Source of the DNA: a virus
Taxonomy: Duplodnaviria > Caudoviricetes
Length of the DNA: 64,000 nt
Reading direction: 5' to 3' (one strand)
IMG/VR virus record: IMGVR_UViG_3300032319_001071
Location: 20,498 to 84,497 of that record
Part shown: positions 14,770 to 27,110 of the stretch, piece after piece
Layout: every line of letters begins with the position of its first letter
Position numbering within the stretch: position 1 is the first letter of the stretch
The notes under the pieces: generated by a model
Told to the model about the DNA's origin: nothing
What the model saw: only the letters and a program-made list of their open reading frames with translations
Databases searched by the model: none
Program-made: the position numbers and the translations under genes

Positions 14770-17700
14770 CTAAAACCAGATGATACTACCAACTATACCA
14801 GAAAAATACAGTACTGTGGAATTTTGATAAATTCCCGTAGATGGTGCGGTGTAAGTTACATCACTCCAAAACGATGCACTTCCATTTGTTCCCTGCGCTC
14901 CAGCCGCAACAAGGCTTGATGTAACAACAGGATTTTGAACAAAAAGTTCTGATCCTACAAGAAGTTTTCCACCGCCACCACCTCCGCCAAATCCATTATA
15001 ACCTCCCGGACGATAATCTCCACTATTAGTGTGAAGATTATCTCCACCTTTTCCGCCAACTGCAGAAAAAGTTGCGCTGGAATTGTAATATTTTGAGCGC
15101 AAATATATTGTGCCACCGGCACCGCCGCCGCCAGCACTTCCAGACATTTGAATGTATGATGAATGGCCATCAACGTCAGATATTTGTTGTGCATAATTTG
15201 TTCCTGCGGGATGTCCCTCTTCTCCGTTAACTGTTATCAATCCTGATCCTGCTATTGTAAGAGATGTGACAACAACGCATGCTCCACCATTTCCTCCATC
15301 AGCACCATTTACTCCTCCATATGCATTTTCTCGGGCAAGAATGACAAAGTTATTGCCCGCTCCCCCACCTCCGCCCATGGTGACTTGATTGCCAAGATTA
15401 AATTTTGCCATAGTCTGATTTGATCTTTTAATGCGAATAATGACCGTTCCATCAGCGCCATGTCCGCCATAATAATCAGAATACAGGGAATTATAACCTC
15501 CGCCTCCGCCGCCAGATCCTGTTCCTTTTGTTCCGGGATTTCCGTGATAATTAGTTGTATTCCCGCCTCCTGTGCCTCCTGTTGCACCATTGGGGTATTT
15601 CAACAAGGATTGCCCTCCGTATCCTCCGGATTTGTTTGATCTGGCCCCTCCGCCACCCCCTGCTCCGTAAATAATTGTTTGACCGGTTATTGAGGATGAA
15701 ATGCCATTTCCGCCATCTCCGCCTTTGCTTGCTGTGCCAGCCGATCCGGCGCTACTTGCGCCGCCGCCGCCGCCGCCACAATCGTTATTTCCAGCAGATC
15801 CACCAGAATAAAATCCACTTCCAGCAGGTTGCCCGGTGCCGGGGGAAGAGTTTGCTGCTGTTGATGTTCCCGTAGCTCCTATCTCGCATCCATTGCCACC
15901 ACCAGATGCACCACCTCCGCCTGAGTTCCATCCTGAGTTCTGTCCTCCGCCAGCACCACCTCCCAAAGAAGTTATTGTTCCAAAACTGCTAGGATTTCCG
16001 CCATATCCTGCTGGTGGAATACTCATTGGTGTGTAAAATCCAGATTTTTGACCACCAGAACCTACAATAATGCTATAGGTTCTATTTGCGGTCAAAGAAT
16101 AATCAAAAAATTCTCGCACTTGTCCTCCGCCTCCGCCTCCACCCATGGATGCTCCTCCCGAACCGCCACCTCCGACAATCAAGATGTCTGCCGTAAGTGC
16201 CTGAGTTGTGGTGATGTTAGTAGTTCCGGGCTTGAATATCCATACATCATAAATGTCTGATCCTGACATATAAGAATAAGACACATAAGGCGGCCAAGGA
16301 GTAACATACCCTAATCCAGTTTCGTATCCAGTTTTTGTGTAACCAGTCAAATTACTAATGACTTGTTGTCTAATAACATTTGCTTTAAAATATGTTCCAA
16401 CCGTATTTGAAGATGCTCCAACAGTGGTAAAATCACTTGTTCCTAGACTAAGAATTCTATAATAAAAACCGTGCTTTAGAACACCGCCGGTAGTATTAGA
16501 TAATCTTAACAAGGTTCGTCCAATGGAAAATGGAGCGTAGGTAAGTGCAGAGGTGCTGACCGAAGCACCTCCGGCTGACTGAAAAGCATTGGCATCAGTT
16601 CCTCCATCACCGCCGGTTCCACCGTTGCCGCCTCCACCTCCGCCATTGCCTAATGCTTCAATATTATTATGTCCTGCTATTCCTCCGTCGTATGTGTCAA
16701 TTCTTGTCCCCGAAACTCCATACCAATTGGCATCGGCATACCATTCACTTGAACCTTCTTGTCCCACTCCAAATGTATAGGTAAAATTAGCTTGTCCGGT
16801 ACGTATATATGAAACATAACCATCAATAGCTGTTTGATATAAATGACGCCATTGAAGAGGAATGTGTCCTACATTGTTTCCTTTTCCAGATTGTGTAACT
16901 TTTCCGGGAAAATTTGCTAAAACATTACTTCCTCCATGATTAGTATTGTAGTAATACCAATTAATGGCGGAATTTTTTGCGGCTGTAAGACCCATTCCAT
17001 TTCCATCAATTGTTGCGCCATTGATATTGAAAGAAGTTACTGGACAAAAATGGACAATTCCGCTTACAATTATGCGTCCATTTAAACCCAAAGTAATAAT
17101 ATTTCCAAATAATTTTAAAAATGTTCCACTTGTAGCAAGATTATTAGGACACACTTCAAAAATAGCTGGAGCAGTAATTGTGCCATTTACACTTGCATCA
17201 CCCGGATTTGCAGTACTGACAACTTGAAAATTATTCTGATATCTTGTTTGATCTCTAGAGCTTGTGCTAACTTTCCAAAAACCATTATATCCTGATGGTG
17301 TGTATCCTGATGTTTGTACATAGGAATTATGTGGATAATTTGGCTTTAGAGGACTTGCCGCTGTTCCGGGAGTAAAAGTGGTTTCTGGAGAAATTCCGCC
17401 ATTGCCATGATAAAAATACAAAGTTGATGCATTGGATGTAGTGCTTGTTCCAGAAATTGAATAAGTTCTATTTGCACCCAAAAAAGTTTGACTTGGAATT
17501 GATAATGATCCATCCCATGTGCTATTAGCAATAGAACATTGAATAACACACCAATTTCGTGCAGTAGCAAAAGACCAAGAAGTCACTTCAGTAATTACGG
17601 AAGGATTTTTTGTCAATGAGGCAGTTCTTTTTGTCCCAGCAGGAGACCATTTTGATAATTGAGATCCACCATAAACTGAATCCATTGAAATTGTTTCATT

Positions 17701-19497
17701 TGCATCAGTACTAATAAAGGAACAGATCAAATCGCCCGCGGCGCTTATGTCGGAAAAACCTTTTGTTATTGCATATTTTGCATTAAAATCAAATGATCCT
17801 GCCGTTTGAGATGAAAGACTTCTGAAAGGATACGATTGAGATACGCCATAAAATCCAATTGCACCGCATTCAAGACGACCTGCATCGGCGCAAACAACAG
17901 CAACCGAATTTGTTCCAGAATCCGGGGCAGTACAATACCATACTTCAAGTCTATTTTGTTCTGACCATGCTGCATATAATTTAGTTAATGATTTACTGTT
18001 ATAACTAACAGAGGTAACAGTATTGTATAAATCATCCATTTGAACCATTACAAGCAAAAGTCTATCGCTATTAGAGCCTATAGTATGATTAAACGAAATC
18101 TCGGAGGCCGCATCAGCAATGGTAATTGTTCCTGTAGTTGATGGAGGTGTGGTATTTTCAGCAAGAACCAGAGGCACATCTGGAACATATTGTAATCCAG
18201 AAATTTGATCGTATCCAGTAGTAGTTCCAGTAACAGAACTTGTCCCAGTTGTGGTCGTAGATCCTGTAAAACGTGTAACTCCTACATAGCGTTGAATGGT
18301 GCCTCCACCACCCTGTCCCCCCCATCCTGACGGTCCATTTCCACCCGCTCCTCCGCTGCCTCCTCGTGCTTCAATTGCACCTGAACCCGTTTCCACTTCA
18401 CAAAAAATAATGACAGTTCCAGCTCCGCCACCTCCGCCACCTCCGGGATCATTACCTCCTGTTGAAGTGCCATTTGTTCCATTTGCCGTGATAAGACCAT
18501 TATTTATAATATTTCTTGAAATGATTCTTAGCGATTTTCCGCCCAATCCCTTGGTTGTACTTGAATCTCCGGCATTTCCGCCTCGATGTCCATCATAAAG
18601 AACGCTAATATTATCATAATAATTTGTTAACGAAAGAAAAGATGGTCGAAGATTGTTGGAATTCTGATAACCTCCCCCACCTCCCGGTTGAGTACCATAA
18701 TTGTTGGCCGAATTGATGCCACCCGTACCGTTGGAATATCCAGAGCCGCCACCGCCACCTGCAGGACCGCGACCATAATCGCCGCCGTATCGATCCTGAT
18801 TTCTATAGCCATTCTGTGACGAAATAAATTCTTCTTGATGATTAAAAATGCTATTGTCCGGATTGTTGAAAGCGCCATTTCGACCGTACAATGCTCCCGG
18901 CCATTGTTGCGCATTTCCTGATTGAAAATATGAATTATTATAACTATCATATGCGGCAGAGTTTCTGATAAACTCAATTCCGCTTCCACTATTTACAAAT
19001 GGCAAATAAATATCGTCTTGATAATCGCCACGAATTATTCCGGCCGCAGTTGCTCCAGATGCTGGACTAACAGTAAGAGTGCCGCTAATTTTTACAAGTG
19101 GCATAACTCCATATGTTGTAAGGCCCGATGTTGTTACTCCACCAGCAGGAACAGTTGAAAATTGCGTTTGAGACAATACCCAGCTAAGACTACTTCCGGA
19201 AGCAATGGTTGTGCCAAGTTTGACTGGTCCGCCAACTATTTCATTGCCAACACCTATTGTGCCAGTAACTGTTCCAGAACTAACAGTTAATGTTGTAGAT
19301 GAAGGAAAAATGGTTGCAGTAAATGTTGCGGTTAGCGGTCGAGCAATAACAAGAACGCCGCCTGCTGATACCGTAACATTGGTGAAATTTTTATTTGTAG
19401 TAATAATATATGGAGAATTTGCAGCATTGACAGTTAATGCGCCATCTGCTCCTGTGCCAAAATCTATTTCAACATTATTGTATTTTAAAGAAGCCAT
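14770..19497 (-). CDS. Large glycine-rich modular virion/fibre protein
   Basis: 1575 aa; several GGGG-rich (polyglycine II-type) domains and beta modules shared with other tail genes. Confidence 0.75.
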   Translation of the reverse strand: MASLKYNNVEIDFGTGADGALTVNAANSPYIITTNKNFTNVTVSAGGVLVIARPLTATFTATIFPSSTTLTVSSGTVTGTIGVGNEIVGGPVKLGTTIASGSSLSWVLSQTQFSTVPAGGVTTSGLTTYGVMPLVKISGTLTVSPASGATAAGIIRGDYQDDIYLPFVNSGSGIEFIRNSAAYDSYNNSYFQSGNAQQWPGALYGRNGAFNNPDNSIFNHQEEFISSQNGYRNQDRYGGDYGRGPAGGGGGSGYSNGTGGINSANNYGTQPGGGGGYQNSNNLRPSFLSLTNYYDNISVLYDGHRGGNAGDSSTTKGLGGKSLRIISRNIINNGLITANGTNGTSTGGNDPGGGGGGGAGTVIIFCEVETGSGAIEARGGSGGAGGNGPSGWGGQGGGGTIQRYVGVTRFTGSTTTTGTSSVTGTTTGYDQISGLQYVPDVPLVLAENTTPPSTTGTITIADAASEISFNHTIGSNSDRLLLVMVQMDDLYNTVTSVSYNSKSLTKLYAAWSEQNRLEVWYCTAPDSGTNSVAVVCADAGRLECGAIGFYGVSQSYPFRSLSSQTAGSFDFNAKYAITKGFSDISAAGDLICSFISTDANETISMDSVYGGSQLSKWSPAGTKRTASLTKNPSVITEVTSWSFATARNWCVIQCSIANSTWDGSLSIPSQTFLGANRTYSISGTSTTSNASTLYFYHGNGGISPETTFTPGTAASPLKPNYPHNSYVQTSGYTPSGYNGFWKVSTSSRDQTRYQNNFQVVSTANPGDASVNGTITAPAIFEVCPNNLATSGTFLKLFGNIITLGLNGRIIVSGIVHFCPVTSFNINGATIDGNGMGLTAAKNSAINWYYYNTNHGGSNVLANFPGKVTQSGKGNNVGHIPLQWRHLYQTAIDGYVSYIRTGQANFTYTFGVGQEGSSEWYADANWYGVSGTRIDTYDGGIAGHNNIEALGNGGGGGGNGGTGGDGGTDANAFQSAGGASVSTSALTYAPFSIGRTLLRLSNTTGGVLKHGFYYRILSLGTSDFTTVGASSNTVGTYFKANVIRQQVISNLTGYTKTGYETGLGYVTPWPPYVSYSYMSGSDIYDVWIFKPGTTNITTTQALTADILIVGGGGSGGASMGGGGGGGQVREFFDYSLTANRTYSIIVGSGGQKSGFYTPMSIPPAGYGGNPSSFGTITSLGGGAGGGQNSGWNSGGGGASGGGNGCEIGATGTSTAANSSPGTGQPAGSGFYSGGSAGNNDCGGGGGGASSAGSAGTASKGGDGGNGISSSITGQTIIYGAGGGGGARSNKSGGYGGQSLLKYPNGATGGTGGGNTTNYHGNPGTKGTGSGGGGGGYNSLYSDYYGGHGADGTVIIRIKRSNQTMAKFNLGNQVTMGGGGGAGNNFVILARENAYGGVNGADGGNGGACVVVTSLTIAGSGLITVNGEEGHPAGTNYAQQISDVDGHSSYIQMSGSAGGGGAGGTIYLRSKYYNSSATFSAVGGKGGDNLHTNSGDYRPGGYNGFGGGGGGGKLLVGSELFVQNPVVTSSLVAAGAQGTNGSASFWSDVTYTAPSTGIYQNSTVLYFSGIVGSIIWF

Positions 19498-19506
19498 TTT
19501 TGAAAA

Positions 19507-22500
19507 CTAACTCCCAAATTCCATTGCAACCGCTTGAACATTGGCAGACGCTGTTGACGTGTCATTTGCTGATGTAGTGGCACGCTGTAGTCCAAAGTAT
19601 AACAAAGATCCAGCAGCAGGCAGAGAGGTGGACCATGTTAACGTGCTAACAATAAGTACGCCAGAAGTTGCTCCAGTAGAGACTCCTACCTCGGCAGATG
19701 AAACTTGAGTAGGAATGCTATTGACAGCCCCATTTCCCACTACAGACGCAGCATACGCTTCCCATCTTACTTGTGAATTTGTGCCACTTGAAATATACCA
19801 ATACACTTTAATTAAAATATTTCCTCCACTGTAATTGAAAGGAACACTTAATGTTGCGTAAGCAATTTTATTTGATCCATCAGAGTATTGTAATTCATAT
19901 TTATCCATTCCAGAAGTGACATAAGATAATGATGCTCCCGACGTAGATCCGGGCACAAACGCAGAAGCAGGAATTACACATCGCGGAGCAAGTCCTCCAG
20001 CAATTGTTCCCGTTACAGAAGTGTTGTTATTTAAAGTAATACCCCCGGGCGCTCCAACCCACAAGCTTTTTCCGGCAGTGCTTGTGTACAATCGTATTTG
20101 ATTTGCTCCCGTATTATCATCAATAGTGTATCCAATGGTGCCAACTGACAGCGACGTAAACGCTCCTGTAGCCGGAGTTACTGCTCCCACGCTTCCATTG
20201 AGAGGTCCGGAAAACGCCGCGGCAGTTACTGTTCCTCCTACGCCAAGTCCTCCTGTAATAACAACCGCACCTGTTGCAGTACTTGAGGATGCCGTATTCT
20301 TCGTAAAAGTTACTAAATCATCTGCGGCCAGCGTTGTAAATTTCCCCGCCGCAGCAGTCGTTGCTCCCACGGTGCCGTTATGCGCTCCGGTCAAAGGCCC
20401 GGAAAACGCCGTGGCAGTCACGGTGCCGCCTACACCAAGCCCTCCCGCAATAACAACAGCACCTGTTATTGTGCTACTGGATGCAGTTGATGATGCAAAT
20501 GTTGATATTCCTGAAGATACATAAAGTGCAGTATTTGTAGTTCCTCCAGATGGAGCATCAATATACACGCCATACGCATTTGCCGCAGAAGTGGTGCTTG
20601 AGTTTACTTTAATTCCGTATGAGTTAGTAAGTGTCAAATTTCCAATTGTACCTGATTTTGTTGGAACACCACTTATTTCAAGACTGGAAGCATTAGACAA
20701 AGTTGTTCCTGAAGAGGTTGCAGAAATTGTTATAATATCAATTTTTTCAGAAGAAATTGTTTGTGCCCACGATCCAGTTGTTGATAACGTAACATTTGTT
20801 GCGCCAAGATAAAGGTTTTCAACATATGAATTAATTACAGAATGAGTGGAATTTCCTGAAGATGAATTAAAAGTATTTAGCGCTGACCAAGAATTTGGCA
20901 GTCCTGTATTGGTTCCAGCAAGAATCCACGAGACTGAAGTTACAGTAATTCCTGATCCGGAATTTGGTGAAGCATTTGCACTTAAAATTAATGTTCCAGT
21001 CCCAACTCCAAGACTGGTGCCTAATCCGCTAATGGTTGTTCCTGCAGGAATGTTTGTGCCAGTAATGTATTGTCCAACTTGAAATGTTCCATTTGGAACA
21101 GATGTCAGGGTAATGGTTGACGATCCGTTTGTAATGGTGGCCTGAGCCGTGACGGTGGTGGCAACTCGCACAAATCCGCCAGTGTCCAATACAAAATCAC
21201 CGGCAGAATACGTTCCTCCGGTCGGAATGCTGTTGGCGACTGATCCGAGATATCGACCAGACAGCACGTTCGTGCCCCATGCAGTCGATCCGCCAGTAGC
21301 GGAAAATCCGGTGCCAGTAATTAATCCGGAAACTGTCAATGGTTTGGCCATTGTAATCAAAGACGATCCGAAGAAAGCCGCATTTCCTCCGGCAGATGAA
21401 ACGCCCAATCCGTTGCTGCCGTCATAATACAATCCATAACCAGTTGCGGATTGGAATGCATAGGAAGGAGCAGACGCGCTTCCGGAAACTTCCTGCAACG
21501 TGTTGTTGGCCAGAATTGTTCCGGATGTTCCGGCCGATAAGGAAAGATTGGCAATTGTGGTGCCGTCCGTGTTGCTTGCAGTAATGGATCCTGATCCAGA
21601 TCCACCGCTATTGGATCCGCCGCTGATGACAAGTTTTACATTGCTGCCGTTACCTGCAGTTACACTTTGGGAAAACGTACTGTCTCCAGTATTGACAGAA
21701 GAAATTTTATCTCGAATATCAAAATAACTGTTACTACTTGCAATTCCGGAATAATAAAATCCAAGAGGAATGCCATACACGCGCCCATCGACGGTGTTAA
21801 GAAGAACTGCATCGTTTGCGTCACCGTTGCCAGCAATCCACAAGCGAGTATCATTTTCCACATTAAAATCGGTTCCACTTGCCAAAGTGCTGCGATCAGC
21901 CCTAACAAATGTTTTTGAGGGAGTAAACCATCCGTAAATTGTTCCGCTATTAGTTGTTTGATTTGAACTGACTTGATAGGTGCCAACGCCTCCCGTTCCA
22001 GTATATCCACCGCCACCAATAGTGACTGTCGTTCCAACGGTCACTCCATTGCCGCTGATTGTCATTCCATTTGTAATATATCCAGATGTAACTCCAGTAA
22101 CAGTAAGTGTAACTCCGTTGATATATCCGGTAAATACGTTGCTAACTCGACCGCCTTGTGCGTAGACAAGAGTATTTGACGTATACGGACTGGCGGAAAG
22201 TTCAAATCCTTTTCCAGTGCCATGAGTGGTAATGTTGACGCCGGGGCTTTGACGAAGTCTCCATCGGACTTGAATGCGTCGAGTTGTTTCAGCGCCAAAT
22301 GTCGTGTCTTTTAATTCATTGATAAGTGGAGAAGCATTTGTTCCTCCCGGAATAATATCTTTGCCGTATTTATATACTGAAGATAATTTTAATTCATTTG
22401 TTGCAGATGTTCCGTCATAAGATTCGGCAGTTCCTGTTGGAACAACTTCCTGAAACCATAATTCAAGCCATGAAAAAACGGCAGATGTAGAACTGGTGTT

Positions 22501-22848
22501 GGTAAATCCCGCAAAAGGTATAACAATTGATTGATTGGCTCCTGTGTTTGCGGGATCGGCAACGCGAGCAACTGTTCCAAAAAAATTGACACGCGAGTCT
22601 GTAAGCGTTACATCTGTTCCTGAAAGTGTCATGGTTGACGTATTTACAAATCCGGAAGTAAATAATGTTCTTGAAAGTTGCGAAACAGACTCTTGAAGAA
22701 TTCGTTGCATTGTATTCAAGTCAAAATCTAGAATTGATTTTGATTGTTGAAAAACAACGGAGTCCCATGATTTTCCTTGAACATCAATATACGAAACACG
22801 ACTGGTCCGTAAGGACGATGCCCCAAGATATGGATTGATAGGTTTCAT
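19507..22848 (-). CDS. Proximal tail fibre with baseplate-attachment N-terminus
   Basis: N-terminal VVFQQSKSILDFDLNTMQ motif typical of myovirus fibres following wedge genes; Ser/Thr/Gly-rich shaft with repeated SSSTATGAVVIxGGLGVGGTV. Confidence 0.75.
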   Translation of the reverse strand: MKPINPYLGASSLRTSRVSYIDVQGKSWDSVVFQQSKSILDFDLNTMQRILQESVSQLSRTLFTSGFVNTSTMTLSGTDVTLTDSRVNFFGTVARVADPANTGANQSIVIPFAGFTNTSSTSAVFSWLELWFQEVVPTGTAESYDGTSATNELKLSSVYKYGKDIIPGGTNASPLINELKDTTFGAETTRRIQVRWRLRQSPGVNITTHGTGKGFELSASPYTSNTLVYAQGGRVSNVFTGYINGVTLTVTGVTSGYITNGMTISGNGVTVGTTVTIGGGGYTGTGGVGTYQVSSNQTTNSGTIYGWFTPSKTFVRADRSTLASGTDFNVENDTRLWIAGNGDANDAVLLNTVDGRVYGIPLGFYYSGIASSNSYFDIRDKISSVNTGDSTFSQSVTAGNGSNVKLVISGGSNSGGSGSGSITASNTDGTTIANLSLSAGTSGTILANNTLQEVSGSASAPSYAFQSATGYGLYYDGSNGLGVSSAGGNAAFFGSSLITMAKPLTVSGLITGTGFSATGGSTAWGTNVLSGRYLGSVANSIPTGGTYSAGDFVLDTGGFVRVATTVTAQATITNGSSTITLTSVPNGTFQVGQYITGTNIPAGTTISGLGTSLGVGTGTLILSANASPNSGSGITVTSVSWILAGTNTGLPNSWSALNTFNSSSGNSTHSVINSYVENLYLGATNVTLSTTGSWAQTISSEKIDIITISATSSGTTLSNASSLEISGVPTKSGTIGNLTLTNSYGIKVNSSTTSAANAYGVYIDAPSGGTTNTALYVSSGISTFASSTASSSTITGAVVIAGGLGVGGTVTATAFSGPLTGAHNGTVGATTAAAGKFTTLAADDLVTFTKNTASSSTATGAVVITGGLGVGGTVTAAAFSGPLNGSVGAVTPATGAFTSLSVGTIGYTIDDNTGANQIRLYTSTAGKSLWVGAPGGITLNNNTSVTGTIAGGLAPRCVIPASAFVPGSTSGASLSYVTSGMDKYELQYSDGSNKIAYATLSVPFNYSGGNILIKVYWYISSGTNSQVRWEAYAASVVGNGAVNSIPTQVSSAEVGVSTGATSGVLIVSTLTWSTSLPAAGSLLYFGLQRATTSANDTSTASANVQAVAMEFGS

Positions 22849-22852
22849 CGTC

Positions 22853-24181
22853 TTACTCCCATGTCACTTGATTAAGTATTGCAGGATCATACCAAGGCAG
22901 CCAAGTAAAATCAGTTGGCGCGATTGGTGTGATTGTGGAACTTGATGTTGCCAACAACGAAGCACCACCTGTTGATTTTATCATAAATGGAATTCCTGCT
23001 GGCTTCCATTTATTGACAAGCGTAATCAGGGATGAGTAAACTGGCTGAGGAAGAACATATTCTGTATCATAAAGTTCAACATACACAACAAACGAACCCG
23101 CACCTGTAGTAGGGCCAGTTCTGTACGATTCGTCATAAGTAGTCAATCCAATTGACCCAGTTGCCGTTGTTGCTACATTTGATGCTGCTGTGTAGCCGTT
23201 TCCGGCACTAGTGATTGTTACAGTGCCTCCGGCAACGCCATTGACCACATTCACGCTTCCTGTGGCAAGTGAGGAGCCTCCTGCAATTGTAAAAGTCAAC
23301 GTGCCCGATGCGCCGCCCTTGTATCCCATTCCCCCCGTAGCAACTGTTGCCGTAGCAATTCCGTTTGATCCGTTTATTGTCGTATTGACAGTAAATCCTG
23401 ATCCTTCTACTCTTGGAAGAATACTTCCTGAAATCGCGGTATTTACTCCGCCAATACTTGCAGAACCTGCCAGAATAATTGGCCGTCCGCCGTCAACAAC
23501 ATTTGTCGAGCGTCCTGTTGCGGAAGTAATAAAATATTCCAAAGCAACATTATTTGATTTTTGTTGAGTAATTTGCGCTTGAATTCTGTTTCTATACGTT
23601 TCATCAGAGTAAAGTTCGTTTCCTTGACGAGTAATTGCAAGCTGCCTTCCCCAATAATCAATCCATTTTTCTTGAGCCAAACGTAAATCAGTTTGCGCAA
23701 GAGCGGCTTTCATGTTTTTTTCGTTATCTATAAGTCCTAACGAAATTGCCATTAATAATGAATAATTATTGCTAGTGAATCTATCAATAATTGTTGTGGA
23801 ATTTTGAGTAATATCGTATATTCCTTCAATCAACGTTGTTGCAGAAAATTCACCTTCGTAATACATTGCTTCTGAAGAGAGAGACGCATGTATTCCATAT
23901 GGTTGATATTTATTGTTAAAATGATCTATTAAATTATTAATAGAATAATTTGATAATATTAATAATTCAGATAAAATGTATGACTCAGATGATGAAACAG
24001 ACAGTGTTCCATCTGCAATTAATAAAGTAACAAAAGACGATGTTGAATTCCAACCAATGGTAGAAAGTGTGAACGAAATAATTGATTTAGACAAAGGATC
24101 AGTAGAAAATGATCGAGGCATTTCAGCAAAAAGTCGCTGAATGGTTGTTGGTGTTGATGGAAGAAAACTTGGTTTAGCCAT
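22853..24181 (-). CDS. Baseplate wedge protein (P2 gpI/XkdU-like)
   Basis: WIDYWGRQLAITR...DETYRNRI and NKWKPAG motifs; directly after baseplate J. Confidence 0.75.
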   Translation of the reverse strand: MAKPSFLPSTPTTIQRLFAEMPRSFSTDPLSKSIISFTLSTIGWNSTSSFVTLLIADGTLSVSSSESYILSELLILSNYSINNLIDHFNNKYQPYGIHASLSSEAMYYEGEFSATTLIEGIYDITQNSTTIIDRFTSNNYSLLMAISLGLIDNEKNMKAALAQTDLRLAQEKWIDYWGRQLAITRQGNELYSDETYRNRIQAQITQQKSNNVALEYFITSATGRSTNVVDGGRPIILAGSASIGGVNTAISGSILPRVEGSGFTVNTTINGSNGIATATVATGGMGYKGGASGTLTFTIAGGSSLATGSVNVVNGVAGGTVTITSAGNGYTAASNVATTATGSIGLTTYDESYRTGPTTGAGSFVVYVELYDTEYVLPQPVYSSLITLVNKWKPAGIPFMIKSTGGASLLATSSSTITPIAPTDFTWLPWYDPAILNQVTWE

Positions 24182-24185
24182 AATT

Positions 24186-27068
24186 CTATTTAATATACAC
24201 TTGATCTAACACTAATATTGTTCCAATAGTAGGAACAATAATTTCTTGATCAATATTAGAACTGTTTGGAACAAAAAGTTTTACTGACGCCACTCCCGGA
24301 GTACGCATAATCATTTGAGTAAGTGCTGATTTTTGAAAATAATTTACAAGTGGAGAAGTAAATGTGTACGAACTAAGTATTGAAGTAGTGTCAGTATACG
24401 TTAAAGTGGTCAAAGAAGAAGCATCAACAGTTCCGGCCAACCCCCACTGCACTCCGTCCCATCTCAATATATCGTAATAATTAATAGTTGGACCTGTTGA
24501 ATCTTTTGTCCAAGTCAAAATGTTGGAAATTTGTGCATTTGAATTACTGATTGTTGCAGTTGCCGATGGAAGAGAGTAATTTCCATTTGAGTCAATTGCT
24601 ACAATTTTATACACATACGTATCAGTTCCTGTGGCTCCAGACGCCACTACGCTGGTAATGATTGGAACTTGAAATCCGTCACTGATATCAAGATCTGCAA
24701 AATATTGTTCAATATTTGTTTGAATAGTATCTTTAATAAGTAATAAAGAATATCCGGAATTAGTTACAACATTGACCGTAATAGATTGATATTGAGGAGT
24801 TGCTCCGTACACCGTGACAGGAATTCCGGCAGGTTTGTATCCCGCTACTTTTGTACCATTATCATCTGTGTACCCATTAATTACTTTTTGTGTGTGTGCA
24901 ATAAGATCACTCGTTGTTCCTGAATTTGTACTATCATAAATATATACATTAACTACTTGATTTGACGGTTCTGTCACCAAGGATTTTGTTACTTGTTGCT
25001 CAACAAATCCGTTGCTATCATATATTCTTGAAGAAAGCGCTCCAACACCGATGGATTCTTTTGTTCCTCGGGCAAGGTCTTTGAGTGTTTTGGAAAAGCG
25101 CGTCCTCCATTGTTCTTCTGTTTCAATGTCCGTTCCAGTTATAAACGCAGCAGAATTCGTGCCTGAAGCAATTCCATAAACTGGAGTAACAAATTCGGTA
25201 ATTGTGTTAGCGCCTGTATTTCCAGATAAACCATAATTTACTGATTGAACAACAGAAGTCAGCGTAGCGTCAGAAGAATTCATGGTTACGGAATTGGGGT
25301 ATACATATAATTTTGAAGAGCCGGGAACATAAACTTGAGTCCCAGCCGGAATGGAAATTGGACCTTGATACGAAAACGCTCCGGCATATAAAGGCCACGT
25401 TTTTACATTAGAAGTAATCATTGAAGATTGAATATATGAATCAGAAAAAGTTAATATTGAACCAGATGTAGTGCCAATAAAAACCGGAGTGGGATAAATA
25501 GACAAAGTTGTAATGTCGCTATTGTTATCACTATAATAATTATCAGTAATATCCACAGTTACGGGAGACGAAAAACTAGGCGTAACATCACGATAAATTC
25601 GATACCCAACTGCACCAGATGTGGCCGCCCAAGATAACAATGCAGTTCTGTATGAGGAAGTAGGAACAAAAGAAACTGAGGCACTTGGAGTGCCCTCTCC
25701 GCTGCTGGTCAAAGAACAAACACTGTAATAATACGTAAGTGATCCAGTAATATTGGTAATTTGTGATCCTGCGCTTCCAGATATCTGATTGACACTAACT
25801 GTATAATTACCTGTAGATCCAGTTCCCGATCCAAATGCTACAATGGTTGTTCCTGATTGAATTGAAGCACTGGTTAATACTTGACCTATTGCCAATGATC
25901 CGCTGCTGACAGCCGAAACGGTCAAAGTGGTTCCGGCAATATATCCGGTAAATGTACAGCCATAATTCAAGGTTCCTCCCGCGCTGCGGGATATTGTCAA
26001 TGGATTAGGGGCCGTAGTGCCAAAATCATATGGAGCGCGATAGATGTTATATCCGGTTGGTTTTGATGCTATGTCGGCTGCACTGCTTCCTAACCATGTA
26101 ATTTTGGCCACTGGCCCAGTCGGAATTGATTTGGTATACGCTCCCAAACTTTGAAGGTCTTGTCCATTGGTGAGATTTTTAGCACTTACTCCCCACGACA
26201 ATGCCAGTCCCGGCCATTTTTTTGACGTTGCAGTAAGATTGCTGTCTGTATATGTAACTGATGATTGACCGGAAATTGAATAATAAACTGAAGTTAGCAT
26301 GTAGGCGCTTGTTGATCGATAAATTCTGTATCCGGTAGCGTTTGTTACGGCCGACCAAGTCAATACAACATTTTGAGATGACGAAAATGTTACAGAAATA
26401 GGTGAAGTTGCAACACTTTCAACGGAACCATACATTGCAGAAATACTGTAATAATATGTTCCGGCAGTCAGGCTCCCACTTGCTACAGTTGAGGGTACAG
26501 CAAAATTTGTCGGAATTGCCAGTGTTCCATACAATGTAAATGTAATCAAATTTCCTACCGCCCCGACAGTTTGACTAGTATTGACGGTGTACGTTCCAAT
26601 ACCTCCGGTCCCCCCTGCAAACCCAGTGATTACTGTTCCGGCGGTAACCCCTGTTCCGTTAATTCCTTGACCTAGCAATAACGATCCAGACGACACGGAT
26701 ACCACGGTTAATGTTGTGCCAGAAATATAGCCGTTTACTAATGCATTTACAGAAGAAAAAGTCACCGATACGTTAGAGGGCGCAGGCAACTTGGCTCGAT
26801 AGGCAGTAAATAATCCGTAAGCCTTGGACGATTGCAGCAGCGGTTGATTAAACGCTTCCTTCACGGAGGCGCGTATTGCATCGGTAATTCCTTGAGCATA
26901 CGATAAATTTTGTCGATATAACTCTTGAGCAATGCCCTCAAGCAATGATCTAGTGATGCTTCCTTCACTAAAATCATTGACATATTCCGTATGACCGGCA
27001 AGATATCCTGCCAGCGACGAAAGAATATTTTCTTGTTTTTTCAATTGAAATGCTACTGTTTCAACCAT
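24186..27068 (-). CDS. Baseplate J-like protein with FN3-like and beta-module insertions
   Basis: [49 protein letters not shown]; extra [18 protein letters not shown]3-like repeats. Confidence 0.9.
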   Translation of the reverse strand: MVETVAFQLKKQENILSSLAGYLAGHTEYVNDFSEGSITRSLLEGIAQELYRQNLSYAQGITDAIRASVKEAFNQPLLQSSKAYGLFTAYRAKLPAPSNVSVTFSSVNALVNGYISGTTLTVVSVSSGSLLLGQGINGTGVTAGTVITGFAGGTGGIGTYTVNTSQTVGAVGNLITFTLYGTLAIPTNFAVPSTVASGSLTAGTYYYSISAMYGSVESVATSPISVTFSSSQNVVLTWSAVTNATGYRIYRSTSAYMLTSVYYSISGQSSVTYTDSNLTATSKKWPGLALSWGVSAKNLTNGQDLQSLGAYTKSIPTGPVAKITWLGSSAADIASKPTGYNIYRAPYDFGTTAPNPLTISRSAGGTLNYGCTFTGYIAGTTLTVSAVSSGSLAIGQVLTSASIQSGTTIVAFGSGTGSTGNYTVSVNQISGSAGSQITNITGSLTYYYSVCSLTSSGEGTPSASVSFVPTSSYRTALLSWAATSGAVGYRIYRDVTPSFSSPVTVDITDNYYSDNNSDITTLSIYPTPVFIGTTSGSILTFSDSYIQSSMITSNVKTWPLYAGAFSYQGPISIPAGTQVYVPGSSKLYVYPNSVTMNSSDATLTSVVQSVNYGLSGNTGANTITEFVTPVYGIASGTNSAAFITGTDIETEEQWRTRFSKTLKDLARGTKESIGVGALSSRIYDSNGFVEQQVTKSLVTEPSNQVVNVYIYDSTNSGTTSDLIAHTQKVINGYTDDNGTKVAGYKPAGIPVTVYGATPQYQSITVNVVTNSGYSLLLIKDTIQTNIEQYFADLDISDGFQVPIITSVVASGATGTDTYVYKIVAIDSNGNYSLPSATATISNSNAQISNILTWTKDSTGPTINYYDILRWDGVQWGLAGTVDASSLTTLTYTDTTSILSSYTFTSPLVNYFQKSALTQMIMRTPGVASVKLFVPNSSNIDQEIIVPTIGTILVLDQVYIK

Positions 27069-27110
27069 GATTCAATCCTACCAAATTTATATGAACAAAT
27101 ACTCTTGCTG

